Origin: Candidatus Obscuribacterales bacterium | GTDB taxonomy: Bacteria > Cyanobacteriota > Vampirovibrionia > Obscuribacterales > Obscuribacteraceae | Assembly: GCA_965228855.1 (NCBI GenBank) | Contig: CBDDIJ010000003.1 | Location: forward strand, 1,440,001-1,504,000 | Direction of reading: 5' to 3' | Length of the DNA stretch: 64,000 bases | Shown: positions 55,201 through 59,040 of the stretch, one piece after another | Layout: each line of letters begins with the position of its first letter | How positions within the stretch are numbered: position 1 is the stretch's first letter | Notes under the pieces: generated by a model | Database searches by the model: none | What the model saw: only the letters and a program-made list of their open reading frames with translations | What the model was told of the DNA's origin: nothing | Position numbers and translations under genes: made by a program

Positions 55201-56806
55201 CCCAACCTTCGGCCTTAACAACACCGGTCAGGTCGTTGACATCGACTGTCGTGAGACCCTGACCGGCATTAATATTTAAATTTTTGCTGAGAAGATCGCC
55301 GCCGATGACATTGGCGTCTAGTCCGTCTACGTTTCCAGGAGCTCTGACGTTAATGTCGCCTTTAAGTGCCTGAAGTTTTCCGCCGTCGTTGTTCACGTTC
55401 ATAACGGTGCCGACAGGTGAGTCGACTGTAATGTTGCCCTTCGTCGCAGATGCAACTCCGGTGTTCGTGATGTCAGAAGAGTTGAGAGAGAGGTTATCTT
55501 TCGCTGTCGTGTTGCCAGAGTTTTTGATGGCACCACCGGCGGTGATATTCAAGTCGCCGGACGATTTGATTTCGCCAAGGTTTGTGAAGTTCTGCTCAGC
55601 ATTGAGAGAGAGGTCGATCGCGTCGGCGCGGTTGCCATGCTTGTTGCCAGCGTCGGACGAGATTAACGCGCCTTCATTGTTCGTGATGTTGACGGCGCTG
55701 ATTTCGCCGGAAAAGCGACCCTTCTCTGAAGCGACTGCGTAAATCGAGCCATTGTTAACCAGATCGCCTGTGAGTCTGAATGAAGAATTTTTCGTAAGGT
55801 TGCCGACAGCAGTAACGCCAGAAGCGACGGTCAAGCCATCTGCCTTCATTGTGTTTCTCGTAGCGGAAACTTGGCTCAGATCTACCGTGCCACCAGTTGC
55901 GATACCACTACCATTGACGACTAATTCTTGTTTGCCGCCAGTCAAAACTTGCTTGACTGCTACGTACTCAGCTGCGCTTACGGATGAACCAGCGTAGATG
56001 TTTTTCTTCTCGCCACCGACTTCGATGGTGACGAAAGCACCATCAGCAATCAATCTGTCGCCGATGGTGATGTTGCGCGTTGAAGCTGTAAGGTCGAGGT
56101 TGGCGCCGTTGTCGAGTTTAATCAGAGCGCCTGCGTTTTCTTGGACAACGAAACGCGAGAGCTTGTCGTTTTTGTGTTCCTGAATTCTTGCAGTTCTGTC
56201 TTCTTTGGTCTCGCGAATGCGTTGGACGGAAACCGGTTGCGTGACCATGCGTGATTCACGGGGACCACGGTCTGCTCTTCTGTCTTCACGAGCTTGTTGG
56301 CGGTCTTCTCTACGTGCTTCCCGGTTCGCTTGGCGTATAGAGCCCTTCGTCGCGCCCTTGAGGTCTCCAATTGGGTTAGTAGACGCCTGGATCTGAACGA
56401 TGTTGCCGGCGCTCGCGTTGATCTGACCCGATGTCGTGGTAGTAGCGAACCCATTGCCCCCTACGATGTTGATGTTTCCACCCGTGTTGACGCCTCCACC
56501 GGGTAACGGCATGGCGTTTATGGTGGCACTAGTGTCTACCTGCGGCACCTGGATAGGCTGCGTGGTGAAGACTGGGTTCGGCAGTCCTCTACCCGGAATG
56601 CCGGCAGCGCGGTTCTCCTGGCGGAATTGTCGCCATTCTTGTCGGGTCATCTCGCCACGCATCGCCTGGTCCAGGGCTGCTGCCTGGGCGGGGAGGGCTA
56701 GGTTCGACGATACAAGGAATAAGCTTGCGGTAAACAGAGCCATCACTCTGGTGAATCTCGTGAACTGAGACACCGAGTAGGTTTCATTTTGCTTTTGCTT
56801 AGACAT
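34274..56806 (-). CDS. Giant (7,510 aa) exported beta-helix/haemagglutinin-like surface protein with FecR-like C-terminal domain
   Basis: Uninterrupted 22.5 kb ORF; signal peptide ending LPAQA; G/A/T/N/S/V/I-rich beta-strand repeats; several internal repeat classes. ATG 56806 preferred over TTG 56887. Confidence 0.85.
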   Translation of the reverse strand: MSKQKQNETYSVSQFTRFTRVMALFTASLFLVSSNLALPAQAAALDQAMRGEMTRQEWRQFRQENRAAGIPGRGLPNPVFTTQPIQVPQVDTSATINAMPLPGGGVNTGGNINIVGGNGFATTTTSGQINASAGNIVQIQASTNPIGDLKGATKGSIRQANREARREDRQQAREDRRADRGPRESRMVTQPVSVQRIRETKEDRTARIQEHKNDKLSRFVVQENAGALIKLDNGANLDLTASTRNITIGDRLIADGAFVTIEVGGEKKNIYAGSSVSAAEYVAVKQVLTGGKQELVVNGSGIATGGTVDLSQVSATRNTMKADGLTVASGVTAVGNLTKNSSFRLTGDLVNNGSIYAVASEKGRFSGEISAVNITNNEGALISSDAGNKHGNRADAIDLSLNAEQNFTNLGEIKSSGDLNITAGGAIKNSGNTTAKDNLSLNSSDITNTGVASATKGNITVDSPVGTVMNVNNDGGKLQALKGDINVRAPGNVDGLDANVIGGDLLSKNLNINAGQGLTTVDVNDLTGVVKAEGWGTHVTASTANLKLGEICMTGDPTFYNDAVNGDITITGNITSSEALSIIASRDIIIDNTVTSITAQDGGGVGQQINLVAGAQIDASGATGGTSTTLPPGTPITLGSVLVTGPSGTGGSITGGAPTLLIGSSGTGSNAGGEINLIAFAVGGVAGDITLATGSTINSSAGDTSAAAGSINVSAGGDIQLGSVLATGSAASGNVLVRNTNADAGAGVTYAVNGTATGSYDILVNPVTAGSTAIGAVTTSGTETIDAGTGGLTINGTHSADGAIAISSAAGLTSTGALSITSTGSTVDVNANSIATSGALNITGDGAVDVDAGAGAITTTTGALTIQSTTSTTTVFAGSIDTANGDLDIIGAGAVAVTTDGAAGINSGTGAITITSNTSNTTVTMGVGSMTTTSATGDILIGGGANAVNTTVTGAAITTTGGDVSILGETGTVAVTLTGALSTGNGLINIDSNGLAATLSAASVTTTNGSVTVSGNNGTSGIASTGAISTGGGALTVNSANVAADAYITAGSISTAGGAVDVDSQNDVTINLGAGTLTTASGNVTVDAGGDVSLTASSVDAGSGSFNVNTSTGNGGFSTTATAFTSGSFTVNLGTGNFTKTGVGNVSITTDAYSTTVGTFSVGSNALTITTRTAGTTIGLNGGAGVLNIDATELGDIIATALNIGTSGVGGSGTITNAGSQDLSGTPGTTAGAYDLVLTSNADILGGGNYTLGGQNFTATANGAVTLGNITGGTGTAQIDISANSGNLTLGDLTNADGTIDVDASGTVNVGTITTVAGVVDVDAGGTATVAAITKTGAGAITVDGTSVTVTGATSSNAGGSVTYTNTSGLIQTGSITTTGGLIDLGNGTGTTITTGALQTAGGNINIDAGTALLIDSIAATAGGTVTLDAGTSVTVTNNITGSATSLVVNNTNGLIQAGNITTNGLVDLGGAGTTSISVGAVDSGAGLVDLDTTGTVQATSITTTGAVDIDAGQAVTVSGATSGNTGVAIDSVNSSINVGAVTTVGGTIDLNTAPGGTTITTGALQTNGGNIDIDAGTAVQIASINALNGGAYTIDAGTNVTLVGAVTGNAASLTIGNTAGSINTAGITTNGDIDLGNAGTTSITVAGALSANAGAITLDGSAAIGVTGAITTTGSVAANGASISYLTIGGPTSSVLLNATGGQVNGGTITSVGGINLDATTSITTGNLAGLSVDADAASISVGTVTTTAGGSVVLTATGGSVVASTIDAADGSVDVDATTTVNLGDVTTTGAVTIDGNTGVTTLNIGGPASSVVINSTSGAISTGTINSAGLIDVGGATTTSVQTSNLTAGAAGIDIDTAGQANIAAATTTGALNILAGTNIVVPGAINADLGATLTGTAGFINVTGNITTTSGGITANAGGSTVTIANLQTSGGSVDVDAVTSVQLGTVTAGAGNINVDAGTTSNLGVLANTGTIAVNSGTNATIAGINNAAGSPVYPGPFQVSVVSGNSTTLTGDIDGGTGNILIQGTTGDVTLQNANLTTGTLVIVAGNNTSASNLQTTAGGVDIQSGNNTTVTTITTTTGNIDIDSGNDTTITTVTTTGGMLNVNSGGQTTIGTINIGDDVIIVSDNDINIGTTTTLGDIFLYSGANINVLGTLTADPIVMTAAINVNLGGSLVADDGITVVAGQNIQNTVGGITINGNGVTDGGNITMVAGADFTEVPATSVTINGASVTGGSILLTAVAGFGNITANGANGTGGDITLSAFSNGFSGGQVLLPVTSGIVSTGSAANASGDVFVVAGAVSGQAVQIGSITQSTATNGAAGASTIIQSATPQSGQVIANDASYSGQFEGGALTAADIRIGNMTNRGGAVQVNSLANVGLGIVNVSGTATTNAGSINISASGSDVFDIGVLAGSNFAQGLLANGGTTGPGGTINVTNLGSTGIRTVAGLSITTTAGAGGSLSLNADQGTISLASGTYSVNGAGAGNAAGDISLTAAGYLVTGGGAATLQSLAGVGGAGGTVSIIGTGSSDLTLGTGAGQLSISMSGTGSDLDVSVGGNLTVANTSNLTADVVQLSTTLAGSDLTINGTINSADQVTLNSADAIAVNNAVTATNQITATANGSINGSGSLVGTNVALYSAGGNIGNSSASRLNVNATNLVANAQAGSAFINDSAGGVAISANSGAANTFDLQANGAVSNNAGATVTANDVVLRSTGSTVTLNDLVTGTATATIRGNGAITTAGAGQVNGGTVNLTSDAASVGTSAASRFQVDANNLVVNATAGDAYLNDVNNVNIGPGSSVVVAAYDLTASGDISSSGTITAQDVSLRTFGSFFLNSTIVGNTSISLRSNNSITNANLGGATLTTPRLNLNVDNGSIGSSSVSRLNIDANNLNAVATNGSVWITDANDVTIVGATNASNGNFDIAAANNLSTAAGSTITSTTGSVLLRATAGSINTAGAITANTAGQSVTLRAGQSLLNGQVGGTFTTPTLNLISDNGNIGASTASRFDIGLGVANVTANAAAGSVFLTTASTVNLGAGTSSALNTFDVLTTGAADLTTSGAISATTVNLTAANNLTTNAAVTATGDATLTAANDIATNAAVSGNNVAYIATAGGVTLGGATTGTTSISITSNDSIVNASISGGLTAPQITLVTNNDVGVNAATRLDLNATNLTVNATGGVFINDTAGGVNFSGANTSGGAFDVTANGDISNSGTLNTGSLTLAATGAGSDILINNQVAANGLLSFTANGAGGQIAISANVTATAAIAMSADGDLTTGIGASVSNGGSINLNSNNGDIGTSALSPFVVDANLLQATAPNGNVWIADANAVTIANITGLSLAGQTFDVYANGNLTVDGATSISANDVVLRAGGATGVLTLNGAVSGTTSATLRAAGDIAPGSLGGPANVTAAQVNLISDNGNIGTNAGSRLIIDATNLTANAAGSVFVEDNSGGVNIGAGSSSAGGTFDVVASVGNLTTSGSITAANVILTSDVGSATIGGVITSTGLLQIAADQAVTVNAAVNGGVVQLISDNAGVQLNAQATGTTSVLVNSADDITNATIVGGLSAPLITLISGDNIGSVGDRLNVDAVNLSVTAANDVFVTDSNSVNITSGVAGGIFDVLATNNLTSTGSITGNNVVLRAQTGSLGLGANVNGTTSVTLRSFNGMTNLNFTTITTGAGGTINLISDNGDIGTSPTSRLTLDADNLTANAANGSVYILDTDSVNLGAGSSSAANNFDLVAAQNITNDGIVSANNVSLRATAGTLTLGALINGTTSVSLRSGGDITDAAVVNVVSDQINLTSDNGNIGTSVNPLNIDALNLTANAFNGNVFVNDANNITIGGGTSNALNTFSVTAGSNLSTTGTITAADVVLTASTGSLFINALITGGNSISLTQALTMTNANIVAALVSPQINLTSTGGSIGTGTFNRLVLDAASISFNAAGSVFYQDPNTVNVSGATASGTIDILANNDLSTSGLVAGNNIVFTSTLGDVNLNGPTTSTTNVTVTAGDDINVNAPIAGTVLAFDATGDINFNASVLGTTSLTAVAGDNIDVNATIGAPVVSLTANTGNVTIDAASGATNSFTVNAGNNIDINAAVAANDIALTTTSGDVNINALTSAVNTVSVDAGDDINTTAAVNGAIVSFDATNNINLNGNVLGLTSVSLNAGDTITQGVANSVAGGALSVTFVNGPVTLNTAVTSLTSNAAGQTLTINENNEITLLGQNLGTLNVTAGIVSAGNIFVQNALNLDALSLVDLNGDVVLNASTTTTGNTSFDASGTITQNAGVVTADQLNLLWGTGNVTLATEVNSLSANGGTNSLTINEATSIDIVNLLVGAATINAGGNISTSASFPNAISALTGNLALNATGDIILGSDVSAVATAILNAGGTITQNTGTVSANTLDLTWVTGAVELDTAANNLNANAAGQDLTINNAGGINILNINLNALTVNAGLTTAGDLIVVNPLTVPGPLVLNNAAGDIILNAGITSLSAELTASGTLTQTAGVIETGSLILTWGTGAVTLDTSVDYLVATSAGNSLTIDQTGDIVLGGIVLNSLTVTAASDIETSVDFTVTNLNLTATGGSINLNSNVNVTNVANLVADNTITQGAANVFGGEGTLNLTWQTGDVTLTTAIDTVTAAGSVGGALTINEQTGITIGTITNIADLTVSAGQVTAGDIDVAQALNLDTLTLSTDGNIGMNVNISAGTSASFLASGDILQTGGTITTPDLTVGYIGLAGGTVTISDTTNNGADQSITVVGLKDASITSNETGIVTLQASTGNSLVIDAADSSQFVFGGDSAAATNLTVTADNVLNENTQTATTITIQSLTGDLTVDGGAGGNWVAFAGGTNFSAFQNLNLDGIQDITGNATFSSGVGFAINVLATADVEATGSITLNTCNLNLAGILIGNPIYFNCPLGAGTIANSNGDVLLTSDLIFTGLDLAIIASGSIIENGITVIDLSNAGGDGGSLTLLAGFDFTPATLGQVGPDSVLYTITGNSGTGGSIQLGTTNITTASTGILGDGGNVFAAASGGSVELNNVDTSAALGAGGNVTVTGENGITVNGNINSSAIGSGNVSLAVGTSVVNGQVLIGNGEMFGTGSIDFGTATAGSILVSGDLNAGDATATLLGALTAVDTINVNGTLTADTLNVNAGDGNTTVVSSNVLNLNSTSNGAVAIQNNTGDLAIGTVTGANQNLFVVNNGTIDVNSAMSIGALTLIQNSIGAEGISISAAVTTSSGISLTNAGTNSITVGGALNAGGNITIAQNGVGGADVLINASLTTTGGNIDIDSADVISTLAGTSINSAGTLDLFAVGSILIGGAGAVSSGSNMSIVSLAGDVVFGTNNVTSGGTTDISGGNVTTGGDVISTGVMNITATTGEVVLNDALSGLSDINVLAVTNVVFNPGINAIGTLGNVSVEATNGSISLNGVDTQIDGFDVILTAGTDISATGAQSLSLNALNNLTINAPIDLTGGLVLTGESVTANGNISADAGISIGVKSSPFTTNGDITSLGDIFITTNVLENTNSITGANVYIQSFAGNGVTVDGSAGPGGLITATGVIEVTGTGGDATFLGEQTFDAPDTAFTSATNFAVVIGLGADVTVTGTLDLNTCNLVLLGSLTAPIINFNCPLGAGTIANSIGNVDLTGVGALNFSGLDLAILAQGNVLAGTNTSINLSSSTGDGGDLLVVAGFDFTPATGGQVNFSPTLFTITGTSTSGGNIDFTGLTINTGSTFAGGNGGSVTLVANGGLTNAGTITTEAITTTGDNNGGAVTIIGESDIHLNGTVNTTGTNGTGGDVTLAVAQAFLAPGPSTQVGNGELLQGGFAVGAASLGELLAGTINAGNGNVAITSSSGGFDTTSIADLTANSVSFTVGDGSAIVDTSAISNLNVTSYGSGSGYVELTDNHASITLTSNAGSNDVSVSITNNANIAVGAGAHTYGLLDLNGSLVTVNGDIDASSNVTANGAAGVAVNGSIISDATVSLAATIMGNVVISGPVTGASVNLATNSSFGNIFIDGVVTANAIGGAITITTNGGGVSQTANVDADILNLNLTNGGTVNLSNALNSVDALNVNAAGAASVTFVDSVALTLTATSNAAQDLNVSTTGTLDLASAIVANDVVLSGATLDVDNTVNATNATLTATAGDLTITSSVTATGNATLTSDAGDVIVNAAVSGDVTDISTGIGSGGLIFLSADVTGTTSVDLVSDGGLTQVAGTIFGGDLGVAFNTGAATLTTDVASLDSIVNGTSLTVNEANAITLGANLGTDLTVNTTNGSIDTTVPLSFANLNLNAGGLGSDLNLGADVTGSTTIVLTANDAIVPAIGTVINGGALTLNFGNLGPTVLGTNVASLTTNNAGGDLTIINTGDIVLNGQDVASLSVTALNGDITTAAALTGLNTLSLTAGGSNDINLNGGAVSATTLNLTAAGGNVTQNATSSITATTLNLDVDATADLDQVANNVSTLNASGAGNVFLDNGANALTIGTVGAAQSLTITNGAGGITIGADLTTTGDLQLTTNTLTNSGFAVNANMITVSSEAGQGLTVNGGAGVNVAQYGATNGVFFNATLDNLVLNGNTTFTSIAELSALNGTDMIVISTGANVIGQQQLTVNTCNLILQGILVGNPLVWNNPCGNGTIANSTGDVNLLGDIIYNGQDLAILASGSINAAGATVINLTNSSGNGGNLTLMAGYDFTPATPGQVTNGNVEYTISGYSASGGNINLGGLNVITNGSAGSSGGNVVAVANGGGSAAGNITIGDITSNGDNGGNLQVIAEGAIDLGAVNLNGTIAGGNATISTATPSNGAGITVFNGIVTGTFTAGANLGGSVTFDSIDTNNGGDVTLVANLNTGTAGTVTGDVVTLTSSSDIGVDAANRFTVNANTVTGTAVGDAFIRNTNTAASTLGAITVATGGTIDAYFTGDLATGAQTAGVIELRTDGAFNVTGVLNGSTSIGLTSGTDLTNTQVAAANLVTPLLTLRTSNNADIGSTGTAFQVGAGVGEIRIDTATNGGDSAFVTSLATGGVNLGASTATNDLFFSANGPLTVIGNVTNVDGNINITGGSGTLRINDGVTVQANSPGSNGNVFIGNAINGGSKQSTFITFGDGAQIIGNAAVKPGGNVTIQMGELTTRVRTLTNPPRNVTYNAINGGVIQGGKSAKPFYAGRNGDPANTITADNATVFISNTLKNKNIILEGNVLIQADPPSVAGEAATTNAYLPNGGSFETVANKANDGLTTNTASSTEATFANTMLNTMFNSNAGVMANTAIGTDLNATATAAGVGNGAGSTVTAADTTLVGGVATTGEDNSYMVGGYGPTAQADASICSDVELGVSGNEVAKTAHSNRVVLKKGNVLFVPFQDTVVETPHGNVTIEAKSVALVSISNDKLAVYDIEDSHKGSVSVNAHGQTITLAPGNHVTVAHATAGEFAQVNAIEAIPHRNVATKTIKAGVKAHTSEFSVASAISSIKPLQLVMCSKHPQAKQVANKMMKTTAILLHMGGKGEFQHYFKPAMTAMAK
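44950..48900 (-). repeat. Eleven degenerate ~115-160 aa protein repeats inside the giant protein
   Basis: Recurrent G(N/D/S)IGxxxxxRLxxDAxNLxANA (e.g. GNIGNSSASRLNVNATNL, GNIGTNAGSRLIIDATNL, GDIGTSPTSRLTLDADNL). Confidence 0.75.
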
Positions 56807-57435
56807 GTTTTTCACCGACATGGAAAATACGTGCATAGTGACGAAGCCCAGAAGACTACGTCTTCTAAGCCTGAATTGGGATTCCAAGTAACTTGAACTC
56901 GCACCAGTGATGGTTTCGCGAGCGGGATGCCGTTCAGTCCGCCCCGAACTGGCTGTCGACTGAAGTGGTTAGGACTCTAACATGGGTTTCTGAAGGAAAG
57001 ATATCACCCGGTTCGTTAAGTTTATTTTGCCATTTACTTTCGGGTTACCCCTTTTAAAACCGCAGACCATACTCCCGTTTGCGAATGGATAAAAATGCGA
57101 GCTTCTTTCGGGTTCCAAAAAACTTTGTAACAGATTGTAATTCGATGGGAACAAGCATGTTAGAAATACGTAGAAGAAAGATCTTTCCCTTCCCCTATAT
57201 ATAGGGTGTAAATACTAAAATTGCCGAGGAGGGCTACGTAGAAACCGCATCTATGAGGGTTCCAGGGGTTGTCTCAGATTAGAGGGAAGTAATTCCATGG
57301 AATTTTTGCAGGGCTTCATTTCACTTCGTTTAAGAGAAGTCGGATGGAGTGAGCACTGGATATGGTGGCATGATGATTCAAAGCCGTTGGAGTTAAGACT
57401 GTTCATATCCTCCGATCAGATTCGATAAAAATGCC

Positions 57436-57461
57436 TTTCGTACTTATATTTCGTACTTATA
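57436..57461. repeat. Perfect 13-bp tandem duplication
   Basis: TTTCGTACTTATA x2. Confidence 0.85.
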
Positions 57462-58089
57462 TATGGATATAGCGAATTTGCCTTTGAGCTCATTGCCTTT
57501 CTTGTAGTCTTTCTCGGAGAGTTATCACCCAGTCAGACTGACCGTAAACTTTTGTGATGCAGTGGACGCGAAAAGTTACCGCGCAAAAGTGGGGGAACGC
57601 GAAGCGGGCTTAAGTCCTCCGTCCGCGCGTTTCAGTCTAATGACAAGTCACCCAAAATTCTCTCGGAATGCCAGAGATAGTTGCCACTATATTTGATACC
57701 AAACCAGCAGTGACTTTTGGGCGAACCAACCAGGACTCTTCTACTCGAAATTTTTTCAGGCTTTCTGGCTACAGGTGTTTACCGCTGTGCGATTTCGCGA
57801 ATCGCACAGCGATTGGATTTATGGTGAAGAGCGTAGTCGGTTTCACTTAAAAACGGCAGGCAATGCGCAATCGGAATAGCGCGCGAAATGGTCGAGTTAT
57901 TTATCAGAGAAGACTCTCCGCGTTGTTCATGATGCGCAGCGTCTCGTTGCTTATCTCAGCGCGCATAACATCCTTAGATGTTAGGAGTTTAAAAAAGGAC
58001 GTTGGGAAGAACGCAAGATCGCTGATATATAATCTGTACTCTCTCTATATCCTATTTATATTTTCGACGGTGGAGGATTTCAGATCACT

Positions 58090-58653
58090 ATGCGCAATTC
58101 CATTTTAGGTAGTTCACTCCTGGCGGCCCTTATCGCAGTTTCTCTAACCGGTGCAGCAAATGCTCAAGGCAAATCAGCTACATCTACGACCGTAAAGATC
58201 GGTTATTTCAATCTCGCGTTGGTCAAGGCCACCACACCCGCAGGTGATTCTGAAGGTCTGAAAGCTCAAGCTGAGAAAAACCTCCGCGCCGATATCGAAA
58301 CCGGACAAAAGGCAATCGAGAAAGCGAAAGCCGATAAGAAGACCGAAGAAGAAATCAAGACAATGGTCAAGCAAGTTCAAACCGAACTCGCGGCCAAGCA
58401 ACAAGCTCTTGCACAACTCGTTCAAGCAGCTACCCTGCAAGACACTCAACGTCTTGTAGGCGCAGTCAACAACGTAGCAAAGAAGAAAGGTCTCGACCTG
58501 ATCGTTGATGCTAACGCTGTTTACGCCGGTGGTAAAGAAGTGCTCGACAAGGGCGTCGACGTAACCTCCGAGGTAGTCGAAGCTATGGGCGGCAAAGCAC
58601 CTGAAAAAGCTGCTGACAAAACGGCTGAAGCTGCTGGCAAAAAGACCGAGTAG
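58090..58653 (+). CDS. skp: OmpH/Skp periplasmic chaperone
   Basis: Signal peptide, KIGYFNL, coiled coil, VAKKKGLDLIVD, VDVTSEVV. Confidence 0.85.
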   Translation: MRNSILGSSLLAALIAVSLTGAANAQGKSATSTTVKIGYFNLALVKATTPAGDSEGLKAQAEKNLRADIETGQKAIEKAKADKKTEEEIKTMVKQVQTELAAKQQALAQLVQAATLQDTQRLVGAVNNVAKKKGLDLIVDANAVYAGGKEVLDKGVDVTSEVVEAMGGKAPEKAADKTAEAAGKKTE

Positions 58654-58701
58654 TTCTGCCATTTGTGCGTGAAAAACACGCATGAGTGAATCCAAAAATT
58701 T

Positions 58702-58732
58702 GAAAGCAACGGGTATTGTGCCTGTTGCTTTC
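58702..58732 (+). terminator. Rho-independent terminator after skp
   Basis: GAAAGCAACGGGTA-TTG-TGCCTGTTGCTTTC followed by TTGTTTGTT. Confidence 0.7.
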
Positions 58733-59040
58733 TTGTTTGTTGGCTCGTTTCACTCGGTCAGCTGAGATCGATTGTCCAAATTCGCGGGTTTGGACTATAT
58801 GCGTTGCATATCTAATGAATATTCAAAGTAGTACTTTTGAGTATTCAAAGTGCTCATACAGAATATTCGCCTTGTTGTATTTGTTCAGCACTTGAAGATG
58901 CAAGTCTAGTTCCTGGTATATGCAAAATATATGCAATTAATATCTAATGGACCCCTAAAGCATAGCGGGCAGGATGGAATTCGCTGATCGTAAACCGATA
59001 TCGGTATACGATCTCACAATGGCTCTAAAGCACCGCGGGC

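Noticed and set aside
34868..56768. Many plus-strand ORFs up to 425 aa (e.g. 40509-41786, 34868-35965)
   Set aside because: Antisense shadows caused by the biased codons of the giant gene; P/V/L/T-rich translations without motifs.
56807..56887. TTG start of the 7,537-aa ORF
   Set aside because: The signal peptide fits ATG 56806 better, and the extension runs through a hairpin.
57037..57243. CRISPR-like 68-bp periodicity
   Set aside because: Only 9-10 bp matches, two copies each of two different words, and no cas genes.
57540..57640. Possible c-di-GMP-I (GEMM) riboswitch (GTAAAC...GTGA...GGACGCGAAA)
   Set aside because: The P2 stem does not pair, there is no tetraloop receptor, and it faces away from the giant gene.
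58174..58695. 173-aa minus-strand ORF
   Set aside because: Antisense to skp, with no motifs.
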